From contig CBDFLE010000006.1 in assembly GCA_965248925.1 (NCBI GenBank), forward strand, positions 4,256,001-4,320,000: a stretch of DNA of 64,000 nt, read 5' to 3'. Below the pieces are notes generated by a model. It was not told the DNA's origin. It made no database searches and saw nothing but the letters and a program-made list of their open reading frames with translations. A program made the translations under genes and the position numbers. Shown here one piece after another: positions 47,615 to 57,559 of the stretch. The stretch's first letter is position 1. Each line of letters begins with the position of its first letter. This stretch comes from Candidatus Multivoradales bacterium. GTDB taxonomy: Bacteria > Acidobacteriota > Thermoanaerobaculia > Multivoradales > J023.

Positions 47615-50143
47615 CAGAACTCCTGACATACCCTTTTTCTCAAATGTCCGGTTGAGCCTCTCCGGAGGTGTTCCGAGGCCCTGGGAAGGCCAGGCTCCGG
47701 GGTGGCGCCTTCTTGATCGCGAACCGCATCCGTAGCTCGGTGCCGGGGAAGTGGGTGGCGGTAGCGTTGAGTTCTTCGCAGACGGCGGCGATCGCCGCCG
47801 TCTTGTGGGGAGAGCTGAGCGGGTCGATGGAAAGGAGCAGCACGGTGTCGGTAACCTCCATATCGCCGCCGGCCGCGAAAGCGCTTTGGATCAGGGTGCG
47901 TCCCTCCTGCTCGGTGCGGCGGTAGTGGGGTGATAGGAGCCGGAGAAGATCACCTTCGGCCTGGTAGGCGACCATCTTGAGAATATCGGTGAGGTGCTTG
48001 CGCTCGACGGACAGCTTGATGACATCCGCTTCGACGACCTCTTGGACGGGGACGCGGACGGGGAGGGTCGCGCGCTGGTTCTCGAGTTCGGTGATCTGCT
48101 CTATCGCTGCCCGGACCCTGGCGGAGATGGCGGCGTTGGCGATCTTGAATCCGCGCATCGTGCGCCGCCGATCCTCGCGGTTTTCAAGAGCAGCGATCCC
48201 GATGTGGGCCCGGAGCTGCTCGAGATGTGCGTGAGCTTTGCGCAGCTCTGCATTGATCTTGCCGCGCTCGGGATTCGGCACATCGCGGGCGGCGTCCGCT
48301 GGCTCGGTGCCATAGTCCACCAGGGCATCGAGTGCGAATTCTTCGCGCAGGTATTTGAAGAAGTTCTCTTGCCTCCAACGATCGAACATGCGGTAGGCGA
48401 CCTCGAGTGTGGAGAGGTCGCGGCGGGAGGTGATGATGGACGTCTGGTGGCCGTTGTCGCAGAGGCGGGTGACCTGGCGCAGGTACAGCCGCTTGCGCTT
48501 CTTCCTCGGGCCATACTCGAGGTAGATACGCTGATCGGCGAGGAGGTACTCGAGCTTCCGACCGTGGATCGTGTCCTTGATCTGCCCGAACTTGCTCAAC
48601 GGCACCGGACGAAAGGGGGCCTTTCGGTATGTGAGGATGTCGAACTTCTTGGCGATGAGCTTCGCAAACAGCTTCGGGCTCCAACCCCCACGGTCGAAGA
48701 CGACGGTGACTCGCCGGTCTCCGAGTAGCTTTCGTACCTCTTCGAGAATGAGGGGAAGCATCGTCGCAAGCCCCTTGTTGGCCTCGGTGGGGACCACGAA
48801 GAGAGGCTCGCTCTCAGCATCGTTGACCCAGTAGTCGGTGGTGGCCGGCATCGCGATCCGCATCCGCGCTACGTGTGTCTTGGGAATCTCTCGGCCACCG
48901 TGGTAGGCGCGCACATGCCCGTCCACGTAGAGGAAGCCCATGGCATGGCCCCTGGTGGCGACCCGGCGCTGAGCGAGGGCGCGACCGAGATCCGCGGCCA
49001 GGCCATGCGCGGCCAGCCGAGCGAGCTTGTTGCGCAAGGTTTTCACTTCCGGCGCTCGGTCGAGCCCGAGAAGCTGACCCAAATGCCGGGGTGAGCGCTC
49101 CTTGAGCCCTTCGGGTCGCTTGACCCGCAACAGTGCCATCAGCAGCAGGGTTACCAGAGTGGTGCGCAGCCCATAGAAGGCCGGCCCGATGCTGCCGTAC
49201 AGCTCCTGCGCGATGGAGAGCACGCCGCTGTCCACCAGGGCGGGAATCGCCAGCAGAGCACCGGCGCCCGGTAGCTGGGTCGCCGCTCCGAAGATCGGCG
49301 CCGCATCATCGAGGAATCCCAGCCTCGCCAGCAGCCGATCGCTGGCGCGATCCGCTGGATCGAGGTCCAGCGAGAGGGGAACCTGATCTTGCTCGGACGC
49401 AGAAGCGGACAGTTTTGGGTCCGCAGCCGCTGGGTCACCGCCACCCTCAGCGTCGAGCGCAAGATCCGCAGTTTTCAGGGGGCCGTCGACCTGCTGCTCA
49501 TCAGAGGCGGACAGTTTTGGGTCCGCACTCTCGAAGGGCATCGTCATCTGCACTACCGACCGCTCTTTCCAGCCCAGGCGCTTGGCGAGCTTGCGAACGG
49601 CCTTCTCATCGATGCCCAGCCGCCGGCCAATCTCGCGATTCGACACACCCTCGGCCTTCCAGCCGTTGACCGCGTCCAGGCGGCCCTGCGCTACCCGAGA
49701 CTGACCCCGGGGAAAACCGCGCGGCCGGCCCAGAGCAGCCAGCCCACCTTCTTCGAAGCGGCGCTGATTCCGGCGCACAGTCCGCACATCACAAGCGAAC
49801 GCAAGGGCCACCTCGCGTTGCTGTGCCCAGCCCAATTCAACGAGACTCACCATCGCGTGGGCCTCGCCTGTCCTGTCGCCGGCAGCGAAGTGAGCGAGCG
49901 GCATGCCGCTGACCACCACCACCCGATAGCCGCCCCTCTGCTGGAGGCGGCAGCGGTCGTTGATCACCACAACCCCATCGGGGACCCCGGCGTGGTCTGG
50001 GAACAGGACGGTGTGCTCGCTCGTCAGTGCCATGCTCGATCATGCCTCGGCACCGAAAAAAGCGGACAGTTTTGGGTCCGCACCACCTCTGAGGGGCGGT
50101 CCTGTGTTTTCAGAGGGTTAGGAGGGGTAGGTCAGGAGGTCTG
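47615..50143 (-). mobile_element. Insertion sequence, 2529 bp (copy 1), family unassigned
   Basis: TIRs CAGA(A/C)CTCCTGAC(A/C)TACCC; flanked by GACTC direct repeats. Confidence 0.92.
47640..50033 (-). CDS. Transposase, 797 aa (N-terminal HTHs + DDE: YVDGH, VFDRGG, RWRQENFFK)
   Basis: Fills the IS; IS4-superfamily-like catalytic motifs. Confidence 0.88.
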   Translation of the reverse strand: MALTSEHTVLFPDHAGVPDGVVVINDRCRLQQRGGYRVVVVSGMPLAHFAAGDRTGEAHAMVSLVELGWAQQREVALAFACDVRTVRRNQRRFEEGGLAALGRPRGFPRGQSRVAQGRLDAVNGWKAEGVSNREIGRRLGIDEKAVRKLAKRLGWKERSVVQMTMPFESADPKLSASDEQQVDGPLKTADLALDAEGGGDPAAADPKLSASASEQDQVPLSLDLDPADRASDRLLARLGFLDDAAPIFGAATQLPGAGALLAIPALVDSGVLSIAQELYGSIGPAFYGLRTTLVTLLLMALLRVKRPEGLKERSPRHLGQLLGLDRAPEVKTLRNKLARLAAHGLAADLGRALAQRRVATRGHAMGFLYVDGHVRAYHGGREIPKTHVARMRIAMPATTDYWVNDAESEPLFVVPTEANKGLATMLPLILEEVRKLLGDRRVTVVFDRGGWSPKLFAKLIAKKFDILTYRKAPFRPVPLSKFGQIKDTIHGRKLEYLLADQRIYLEYGPRKKRKRLYLRQVTRLCDNGHQTSIITSRRDLSTLEVAYRMFDRWRQENFFKYLREEFALDALVDYGTEPADAARDVPNPERGKINAELRKAHAHLEQLRAHIGIAALENREDRRRTMRGFKIANAAISARVRAAIEQITELENQRATLPVRVPVQEVVEADVIKLSVERKHLTDILKMVAYQAEGDLLRLLSPHYRRTEQEGRTLIQSAFAAGGDMEVTDTVLLLSIDPLSSPHKTAAIAAVCEELNATATHFPGTELRMRFAIKKAPPRSLAFPGPRNTSGEAQPDI

Positions 50144-50148
50144 GACTC

Positions 50149-52677
50149 CAGAACTCCTGACATACCCTTTTTCTCAAATGTCCGGTTGAGCCTCTCCGGA
50201 GGTGTTCCGAGGCCCTGGGAAGGCCAGGCTCCGGGGTGGCGCCTTCTTGATCGCGAACCGCATCCGTAGCTCGGTGCCGGGGAAGTGGGTGGCGGTAGCG
50301 TTGAGTTCTTCGCAGACGGCGGCGATCGCCGCCGTCTTGTGGGGAGAGCTGAGCGGGTCGATGGAAAGGAGCAGCACGGTGTCGGTAACCTCCATATCGC
50401 CGCCGGCCGCGAAAGCGCTTTGGATCAGGGTGCGTCCCTCCTGCTCGGTGCGGCGGTAGTGGGGTGATAGGAGCCGGAGAAGATCACCTTCGGCCTGGTA
50501 GGCGACCATCTTGAGAATATCGGTGAGGTGCTTGCGCTCGACGGACAGCTTGATGACATCCGCTTCGACGACCTCTTGGACGGGGACGCGGACGGGGAGG
50601 GTCGCGCGCTGGTTCTCGAGTTCGGTGATCTGCTCTATCGCTGCCCGGACCCTGGCGGAGATGGCGGCGTTGGCGATCTTGAATCCGCGCATCGTGCGCC
50701 GCCGATCCTCGCGGTTTTCAAGAGCAGCGATCCCGATGTGGGCCCGGAGCTGCTCGAGATGTGCGTGAGCTTTGCGCAGCTCTGCATTGATCTTGCCGCG
50801 CTCGGGATTCGGCACATCGCGGGCAGCGTCCGCTGGCTCGGTGCCATAGTCCACCAGGGCATCGAGTGCGAATTCTTCGCGCAGGTATTTGAAGAAGTTC
50901 TCTTGCCTCCAACGATCGAACATGCGGTAGGCGACCTCGAGTGTGGAGAGGTCGCGGCGGGAGGTGATGATGGACGTCTGGTGGCCGTTGTCGCAGAGGC
51001 GGGTGACCTGGCGCAGGTACAGCCGCTTGCGCTTCTTCCTCGGGCCATACTCGAGGTAGATACGCTGATCGGCGAGGAGGTACTCGAGCTTCCGCCCGTG
51101 GATCGTGTCCTTGATCTGCCCGAACTTGCTCAACGGCACCGGACGAAAGGGGGCCTTTCGGTATGTGAGGATGTCGAACTTCTTGGCGATGAGCTTCGCA
51201 AACAGCTTCGGGCTCCAACCCCCACGGTCGAAGACGACGGTGACTCGCCGGTCTCCGAGTAGCTTTCGTACCTCTTCGAGAATGAGGGGAAGCATCGTCG
51301 CAAGCCCCTTGTTGGCCTCGGTGGGGACCACGAAGAGAGGCTCGCTCTCAGCATCGTTGACCCAGTAGTCGGTGGTGGCCGGCATCGCGATCCGCATCCG
51401 CGCTACGTGTGTCTTGGGAATCTCTCGGCCACCGTGGTAGGCGCGCACATGCCCGTCCACGTAGAGGAAGCCCATGGCATGGCCCCTGGTGGCGACCCGG
51501 CGCTGAGCGAGGGCGCGACCGAGATCCGCGGCCAGGCCATGCGCGGCCAGCCGAGCGAGCTTGTTGCGCAAGGTTTTCACTTCCGGCGCTCGGTCGAGCC
51601 CGAGAAGCTGACCCAAATGCCGGGGTGAGCGCTCCTTGAGCCCTTCGGGTCGCTTGACCCGCAACAGTGCCATCAGCAGCAGGGTTACCAGAGTGGTGCG
51701 CAGCCCATAGAAGGCCGGCCCGATGCTGCCGTACAGCTCCTGCGCGATGGAGAGCACGCCGCTGTCCACCAGGGCGGGAATCGCCAGCAGAGCACCGGCG
51801 CCCGGTAGCTGGGTCGCCGCTCCGAAGATCGGCGCCGCATCATCGAGGAATCCCAGCCTCGCCAGCAGCCGATCGCTGGCGCGATCCGCTGGATCGAGGT
51901 CCAGCGAGAGGGGAACCTGATCTTGCTCGGACGCAGAAGCGGACAGTTTTGGGTCCGCAGCCGCTGGGTCACCGCCACCCTCAGCGTCGAGCGCAAGATC
52001 CGCAGTTTTCAGGGGGCCGTCGACCTGCTGCTCATCAGAGCCGGACAGTTTTGGGTCCGCACTCTCGAAGGGCATCGTCATCTGCACTACCGACCGCTCT
52101 TTCCAGCCCAGGCGCTTGGCGAGCTTGCGAACGGCCTTCTCATCGATGCCCAGCCGCCGGCCAATCTCGCGATTCGACACACCCTCGGCCTTCCAGCCGT
52201 TGACCGCGTCCAGGCGGCCCTGCGCTACCCGAGACTGACCCCGGGGAAAACCGCGCGGCCGGCCCAGAGCAGCCAGCCCACCTTCTTCGAAGCGGCGCTG
52301 ATTCCGGCGCACAGTCCGCACATCACAAGCGAACGCAAGGGCCACCTCGCGTTGCTGTGCCCAGCCCAATTCAACGAGACTCACCATCGCGTGGGCCTCG
52401 CCTGTCCTGTCGCCGGCAGCGAAGTGAGCGAGCGGCATGCCGCTGACCACCACCACCCGATAGCCGCCCCTCTGCTGGAGGCGGCAGCGGTCGTTGATCA
52501 CCACAACCCCATCGGGGACCCCGGCGTGGTCTGGGAACAGGACGGTGTGCTCGCTCGTCAGTGCCATGCTCGATCATGCCTCGGCACCGAAAAAAGCGGA
52601 CAGTTTTGGGTCCGCACCACCTCTGAGGGGCGGTCCTGTGTTTTCAGAGGGTTAGGAGGGGTAGGTCAGGAGGTCTG
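50149..52677 (-). mobile_element. Insertion sequence, 2529 bp (copy 2)
   Basis: Same TIRs and GACTC flanks; at least 3 SNPs relative to copy 1. Confidence 0.92.
50174..52567 (-). CDS. Transposase, 797 aa (copy 2)
   Basis: Near-identical to 47640..50033 (one A>G amino-acid change seen). Confidence 0.88.
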   Translation of the reverse strand: MALTSEHTVLFPDHAGVPDGVVVINDRCRLQQRGGYRVVVVSGMPLAHFAAGDRTGEAHAMVSLVELGWAQQREVALAFACDVRTVRRNQRRFEEGGLAALGRPRGFPRGQSRVAQGRLDAVNGWKAEGVSNREIGRRLGIDEKAVRKLAKRLGWKERSVVQMTMPFESADPKLSGSDEQQVDGPLKTADLALDAEGGGDPAAADPKLSASASEQDQVPLSLDLDPADRASDRLLARLGFLDDAAPIFGAATQLPGAGALLAIPALVDSGVLSIAQELYGSIGPAFYGLRTTLVTLLLMALLRVKRPEGLKERSPRHLGQLLGLDRAPEVKTLRNKLARLAAHGLAADLGRALAQRRVATRGHAMGFLYVDGHVRAYHGGREIPKTHVARMRIAMPATTDYWVNDAESEPLFVVPTEANKGLATMLPLILEEVRKLLGDRRVTVVFDRGGWSPKLFAKLIAKKFDILTYRKAPFRPVPLSKFGQIKDTIHGRKLEYLLADQRIYLEYGPRKKRKRLYLRQVTRLCDNGHQTSIITSRRDLSTLEVAYRMFDRWRQENFFKYLREEFALDALVDYGTEPADAARDVPNPERGKINAELRKAHAHLEQLRAHIGIAALENREDRRRTMRGFKIANAAISARVRAAIEQITELENQRATLPVRVPVQEVVEADVIKLSVERKHLTDILKMVAYQAEGDLLRLLSPHYRRTEQEGRTLIQSAFAAGGDMEVTDTVLLLSIDPLSSPHKTAAIAAVCEELNATATHFPGTELRMRFAIKKAPPRSLAFPGPRNTSGEAQPDI

Positions 52678-53539
52678 GACTCTGCACCAGCTCGATCTTC
52701 GCCATCGTGCCGACCCGTACTTGGATGGTATTCGAGCGGTGCAATTCGCCAGCTAAGTCTAGACTTTCCTTGGCGACCCCGAGCTGCTCGCGTGCCGCCA
52801 CTAAGCCCCAATAGGCGTTGGCCACCCGCTGCAACACCTCTTCGACGCGCAGTTGAAACTGCTGCCGGCTGATGGCCGAATCGGTGCGCGCGATCAACAG
52901 CCGGCGGGCGGTGGTCGAGCGACCCAGGCCGCGCAACAAAGGCTGGGTCAGGGACAGGCTGGCTCTGGCGTCGTATCGAGGAATCAGGCTGACGGCCAGA
53001 TTGTTGGTCTCGAACTTGCTATCGTTCAAGTTGAAACGCAGATTGGTGCCACTGGGCAATAACAGAGCGGCTCCCAGGCTGGCAGAACTCGACTCATCGG
53101 TCAGCGGTGCCCCGCCAGTGTTCTCCAAAGTACTGGTGGGAGGCTGGGTCGAATCAATGGCTCGCAGACCGGAATTGAGCACCACATCGAAGATCCCCTG
53201 CTCTTCGATGATGCCGAGGCGGGTCTCACGATCTAGCAGGCGCTCGATACGCAGTCGCAAGCTGCTGCTCAGGGCGATTTCAAAGGCCTGTTCCAGAGCA
53301 AGCTCGGTGACGCCAGCTGCGCTGACCTGCAACTCAGGCAAGTGTGCCTGAGCCAGAGAGTTGGGTTGCGGCGCGAGGCAGGTCAGTAGTAGTCCAATGA
53401 TCAGTACGGCGAGGCGCTGCATGCTGGGCTCTCCTTAGATTTCTGGCCGGGAATTTGGTGTTGCTATTTCTTGGACGAGAAGTCGTATGCGGAAGTTGCA
53501 CTATTTCACTGATCGCAGTTGGAATAGTGAGTAGATCGA

Positions 53540-55426
53540 CTATCGGTCGCTGTTGGCGCCGGGTAGAACTAGCCACAGCAACGCCAAGGGCAACACATGC
53601 GTACCGTGGCGCCACAGTATTTGGCTAGTCCGGTCGGCCGCTGGCGGGTGCCACAGATAGGCGGCTAGAGAGAGGATCAGATAGGCGGCGGCAGCGATCA
53701 GCAAGAGATCGGCGTGGCACCTTCCTCGGCGGCGCCAGAGACGCCAGATCAGCACTTGCAAGACGATCAGCCAGATCACTGCCGAGCCCGGTGAGATCAA
53801 CAGCTGAACGGCCGCCACTAGGACCGTGGTCGGTGAGCCGGAAAGCTGCTCGCCGAGGCCGCTTCTGCTGGCCTCGGTGAGTCGCAGCAACCAGCCAGGA
53901 CCCGCGGCGATTCCAACCCAGAGCCCCAGAACAGCGAGGTTGCGGGGCGATCGTGTGTTGCGATCGGCGGTGCCGAACAGAGCCAGCGCCAGGGCCGCCG
54001 CCAGCGCGATGCCAGCGTCGGCGAGAGTTGGCAGCAAACCGAGGCTCAGGGCGCTCAGGGCCAGATCGCCAGCTCTGCGCCGCCGCCGCCAGCGCAGCGC
54101 CGCCAGCGCTGAAATTGCTGCCAGGGTACTCAGCATGGGGTCGACGACGACTCTGCCAGCCAAGGTCCAGAGGTGGCTTAGCGAAGCGAGCGTTGCCACC
54201 GTCATCCATATCAGGGGTTGGCTGCCGCGGTGCTCGGCCACAGTGGCGGCTACCAGCACTAACAGGCCTACCCAGCTGAGTAGCGGCAGCACACCGAGCA
54301 GGCGTTCGTCGGCTTGGCCGAGCCAACCCGAGATCCAGGCCTCGGCCAGGGGCAGGCCGAGGGCGTTGCCAAACTCGACGGCACCGTCGCCCAGGCGACC
54401 CAGGCGAAAGATAGAGCGCCCGACCACGCCCCACTGGGCCCAGCTCTCCATGCTCAGCCACGGGCGACCGAGGGCGAGCAGCGCCACCAGGGCGAGGTGG
54501 AGCAGGGTCACCAGGGCGAGGCCGCCAATCAGCGCTCGCCGTGGCCAACCGCCTGCTCCGTTGGCTGCTGCTGTGGCGGACCCGAGCTGGTGAATCTCCC
54601 TCTGGGTTGCCGAGTCACGATAGCTGAGCAGCGTGAGGGCGGCGGTAGCCAGCGCGAACAGCGGCACTTGCAGATCGAGCGACATGCCACCGCGACTGAG
54701 CAACAACATCGCCCAGCTCAGCTCGGCGCAGCCCAGTGGCCAGGCCGTCGCCCAATGCCGCAAGCCGCCGGCACTGGCTTGTAGCAGCCTCAGGGTGGCG
54801 TTGCCCAGCAGCAGGGGGATGGCCAGCGCGGCGAGCAAGAAAAATGGCCACAGGGGCCTGGGCGGCCGGGGTGATCCCGAGGGACCGACGATCCGCAGCT
54901 CCCCCGCCAGAGGTACCAAGGTGCCGCCGACCAGGCGCACCGCGATGCTGGAACTGAACCGCGGTGCCGGATCGATGCTCAGCAGATGACTACAGCCCAG
55001 CTGCCGCGCTTGATCGATGGCCCTCAGCTCGAAAGCCAGCTGCTCGGTAGGGGAGTGGCGGGGGGCACCGGTGGCGACCGTGGCGAGCGCGCGGACGGGT
55101 CGCGGCGCTAGGGCGTAGCGCGCGCGCTGTAGTAAGGCGTCATCCAGGTCGGGGTCCCAAGCGGCGGTGATCAGCAACACCTCGGCATCGATCGGCAGGC
55201 GGGCGGCAGCGGCCCAGAACAGCTGATGGGGGGTATCGATGGCAGCTTCCAGCTGGGCCGCCGGGTCATGCCAAAGCCGCGCCAGCCGCAGCGCCGGAGC
55301 GAGTTCGGGCTCTAGCAGACGCGGTAGATGCAGCAAGGAGGAGAGCAACATCACCGCCAGCGCAGCCCAAGTAACATGGTTGGAGCTGAGTTGGCGCAGC
55401 AGGCTGGGGCTACTCATTGTCGCCAC
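53540..55426 (-). CDS. Polytopic membrane protein, possibly GT-C/glycosyltransferase family 39-like
   Basis: Many hydrophobic helices; ESWAQWGVVGRSIF and LGLPL loop pattern; function inferred weakly. Confidence 0.6.
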   Translation of the reverse strand: MATMSSPSLLRQLSSNHVTWAALAVMLLSSLLHLPRLLEPELAPALRLARLWHDPAAQLEAAIDTPHQLFWAAAARLPIDAEVLLITAAWDPDLDDALLQRARYALAPRPVRALATVATGAPRHSPTEQLAFELRAIDQARQLGCSHLLSIDPAPRFSSSIAVRLVGGTLVPLAGELRIVGPSGSPRPPRPLWPFFLLAALAIPLLLGNATLRLLQASAGGLRHWATAWPLGCAELSWAMLLLSRGGMSLDLQVPLFALATAALTLLSYRDSATQREIHQLGSATAAANGAGGWPRRALIGGLALVTLLHLALVALLALGRPWLSMESWAQWGVVGRSIFRLGRLGDGAVEFGNALGLPLAEAWISGWLGQADERLLGVLPLLSWVGLLVLVAATVAEHRGSQPLIWMTVATLASLSHLWTLAGRVVVDPMLSTLAAISALAALRWRRRRRAGDLALSALSLGLLPTLADAGIALAAALALALFGTADRNTRSPRNLAVLGLWVGIAAGPGWLLRLTEASRSGLGEQLSGSPTTVLVAAVQLLISPGSAVIWLIVLQVLIWRLWRRRGRCHADLLLIAAAAYLILSLAAYLWHPPAADRTSQILWRHGTHVLPLALLWLVLPGANSDR

Positions 55427-55663
55427 CCCTTGACCCGGTACCTTGACTCGGAGTTGCTTTCGATCGCTTTGTCTGTACAGGGGCTCATCTGGAGACCGGC
55501 GGTAGGTCTGTACTGAAGAATGAAGGTGGTGAGTCTAGCTGATCAGACCCTGGCTGCCCACGGTGCCGGCGAGCTAGATCGGGCTTCTTCGCTAAAGCTC
55601 GGTTGAGTTGGCAGCGGGTTGATAGCATCGCCGCTCGGCAGCTGTCTAACCCAGGAGATTTCC

Positions 55664-57391
55664 ATGACTGATCGCCATCCCCGTCGCCCGATGCCTCGTG
55701 TTACGACCTTCGCGTTGCTGGTCCTTGGTTGCTTGCTCTTCGCTTGTGCGGGTGAGTCGCCGGCGCCCCGGGAAACAGCTGAGCTGGTGCTGCGAGGCGG
55801 CAGGATCGTCACCCTTGATCCGCAGGGTGCAGAAGTCGAAGCCTTGGCGGCGCGTGGAGGACGGCTGGTGGCGGTGGGTTCGCGGCAGCAGATCGATGCC
55901 TTGATCGGACCGTCCACGCGGGTGATCGAGCTTGCTCCGGGGCAACTCGCCATTCCTGGGCTGATCGAAGGGCACGGCCATTTTCTCGGCATCGGTGACG
56001 CCAAGATCCAGCTCGACCTGCGCTCGGCGGATTCCTGGGCGGCAGTCATCGACCAGGTGCGACTGGCGGCCGCGGAGGTTGACGACGGTGTGTGGATCCG
56101 CGGTCGTGGTTGGCACCAGGACAAATGGCGAGCCGCGCCTGAGCAGACCGTGGCCGGTTTTCCGTTGCACGACGCCTTGTCGGCAGTGTCGCCTGAGAAC
56201 CCGGTGCTGCTGACCCATGCTTCGGGCCACGCCCTGCTGGCCAACGCTCGGGCGATGGCCTTGGCGGGCATTACCGCCGACACTCCGGACCCGCCGGGAG
56301 GGGCGATCATGCATGATTCTGGCGGTCGTCCAACCGGCTTGTTCAACGAGGGGGCGCAAGATCTAATTCACATCGCTCGCAGTAGTGATAGCGCGGCCAC
56401 AAGCGCTGAGGACCAGCGTCGTATCGAGCTGGCGTCGGCCGAGTGTTTGCGCAAGGGGATCACCAGCTTTCACGATGCCGGGACGCCGTTCGCCGCTCTC
56501 GGCGCTTTGCGGCGGGCGGCGGCGGACCAGGCTCTGGGAGTTCGCCTGTGGGTGATGATCCGCGATTCGGTGGCCAATTTAGAGCAGCACCTAGCCGCCG
56601 CCAAAACCTCAGGCGAATACCTCACCATCGGCGGTATCAAGCTGTCGATTGATGGCGCTCTGGGATCGCGCGGTGCATGGTTGCTAGAGCCTTACAGCGA
56701 CCGGCCGGACACCAGCGGTCACAATCTAGTGTCGCTCCAAGACGCTCGGCGTACCGCTGAGCTGGCTTGGCAGCACGGCTACCAGTTGGGCATCCACGCC
56801 ATCGGTGATCGTGGTAACCGCGAAGTGCTCGACATGTACGAGGACTTCTTTGCCGACCAAACCGAGACCGCCGATCATCGTTGGCGCATTGAGCACGCCC
56901 AGCACCTGCATCCCGAAGACATTCCCCGCTTTGCTGCTTTGGGAGTGACCGCCGCTTTTCAGGGCATTCATTGCACGTCCGACGGCCCCTGGGTACCGCG
57001 GCGCATCGGCGATCAGCGAGCCGCCCAGGGGGCCTACATGTGGCGCGCCCTGTGGGACTCGGGAGCCTTGTTGATCAACGGCACCGACGCACCGGTCGAG
57101 GACGTCGACCCGCTAGCCTCCTTCCGCGCCACGGTCAGTCGGCGGATGAACAATGGCGAGGTGTTCTTCGGCGCCCAGGTGTTGAGTCGGGAAGAGGCCC
57201 TGGCCACCTACACCAAGAACGCTGCCCGCGCGGTCTTCGAAGAAGCCGACAAAGGTACTTTGGAAGTCGGCAAGCTGGCCGATATTACGGTGCTGTCACA
57301 AGACTTGCTGAGCGTTCCTGAAGAGCAGCTGGCCGATACCCAGGTGCTCTTCACCATCGTCGGCGGCAAAATGGCGTATTCGCAGGAGTGA
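55664..57391 (+). CDS. Amidohydrolase (Amidohydro_3/YtcJ-like), probable lipoprotein
   Basis: PGLIEGHGH, DGALGSRGA, HAIGDRGN, RIEHAQ, GTDAPVE, GKLADITVL; LFAC lipobox; AGGAG RBS. Confidence 0.92.
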   Translation: MTDRHPRRPMPRVTTFALLVLGCLLFACAGESPAPRETAELVLRGGRIVTLDPQGAEVEALAARGGRLVAVGSRQQIDALIGPSTRVIELAPGQLAIPGLIEGHGHFLGIGDAKIQLDLRSADSWAAVIDQVRLAAAEVDDGVWIRGRGWHQDKWRAAPEQTVAGFPLHDALSAVSPENPVLLTHASGHALLANARAMALAGITADTPDPPGGAIMHDSGGRPTGLFNEGAQDLIHIARSSDSAATSAEDQRRIELASAECLRKGITSFHDAGTPFAALGALRRAAADQALGVRLWVMIRDSVANLEQHLAAAKTSGEYLTIGGIKLSIDGALGSRGAWLLEPYSDRPDTSGHNLVSLQDARRTAELAWQHGYQLGIHAIGDRGNREVLDMYEDFFADQTETADHRWRIEHAQHLHPEDIPRFAALGVTAAFQGIHCTSDGPWVPRRIGDQRAAQGAYMWRALWDSGALLINGTDAPVEDVDPLASFRATVSRRMNNGEVFFGAQVLSREEALATYTKNAARAVFEEADKGTLEVGKLADITVLSQDLLSVPEEQLADTQVLFTIVGGKMAYSQE

Positions 57392-57559
57392 TGGAGTCGA
57401 AGGTTTTTCGGTCCACTAAGAACTCGCGCCTGACCAGGCTGACTCATCCCTCGACTCAGAACATCGGCGTAGAGTCCGCCGAAGAACCGCTGGCCAAGGT
57501 GAGATGGACTTGTCAGTGGCCAGTTGCCTACCCGGCCGCGAGTAGGACAAGCAGTGCCC

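Larger units (their letters stand above)
46780..53422 (-). pseudogene. TolC family outer membrane protein gene interrupted by tandem IS
   Basis: Signal peptide and OEP motifs (LSLTQPLLRG, VANAYWGL, ALKLRPE, EQKRYENG); removing the IS restores in-frame IELVQSQAGVAQRE. Confidence 0.9.

Noticed and set aside
47615-52677. Tandem IS as a pure assembly duplication
   Set aside because: Copies differ by at least 3 substitutions and the target repeat sits correctly at all three junctions (read confirmation still needed)
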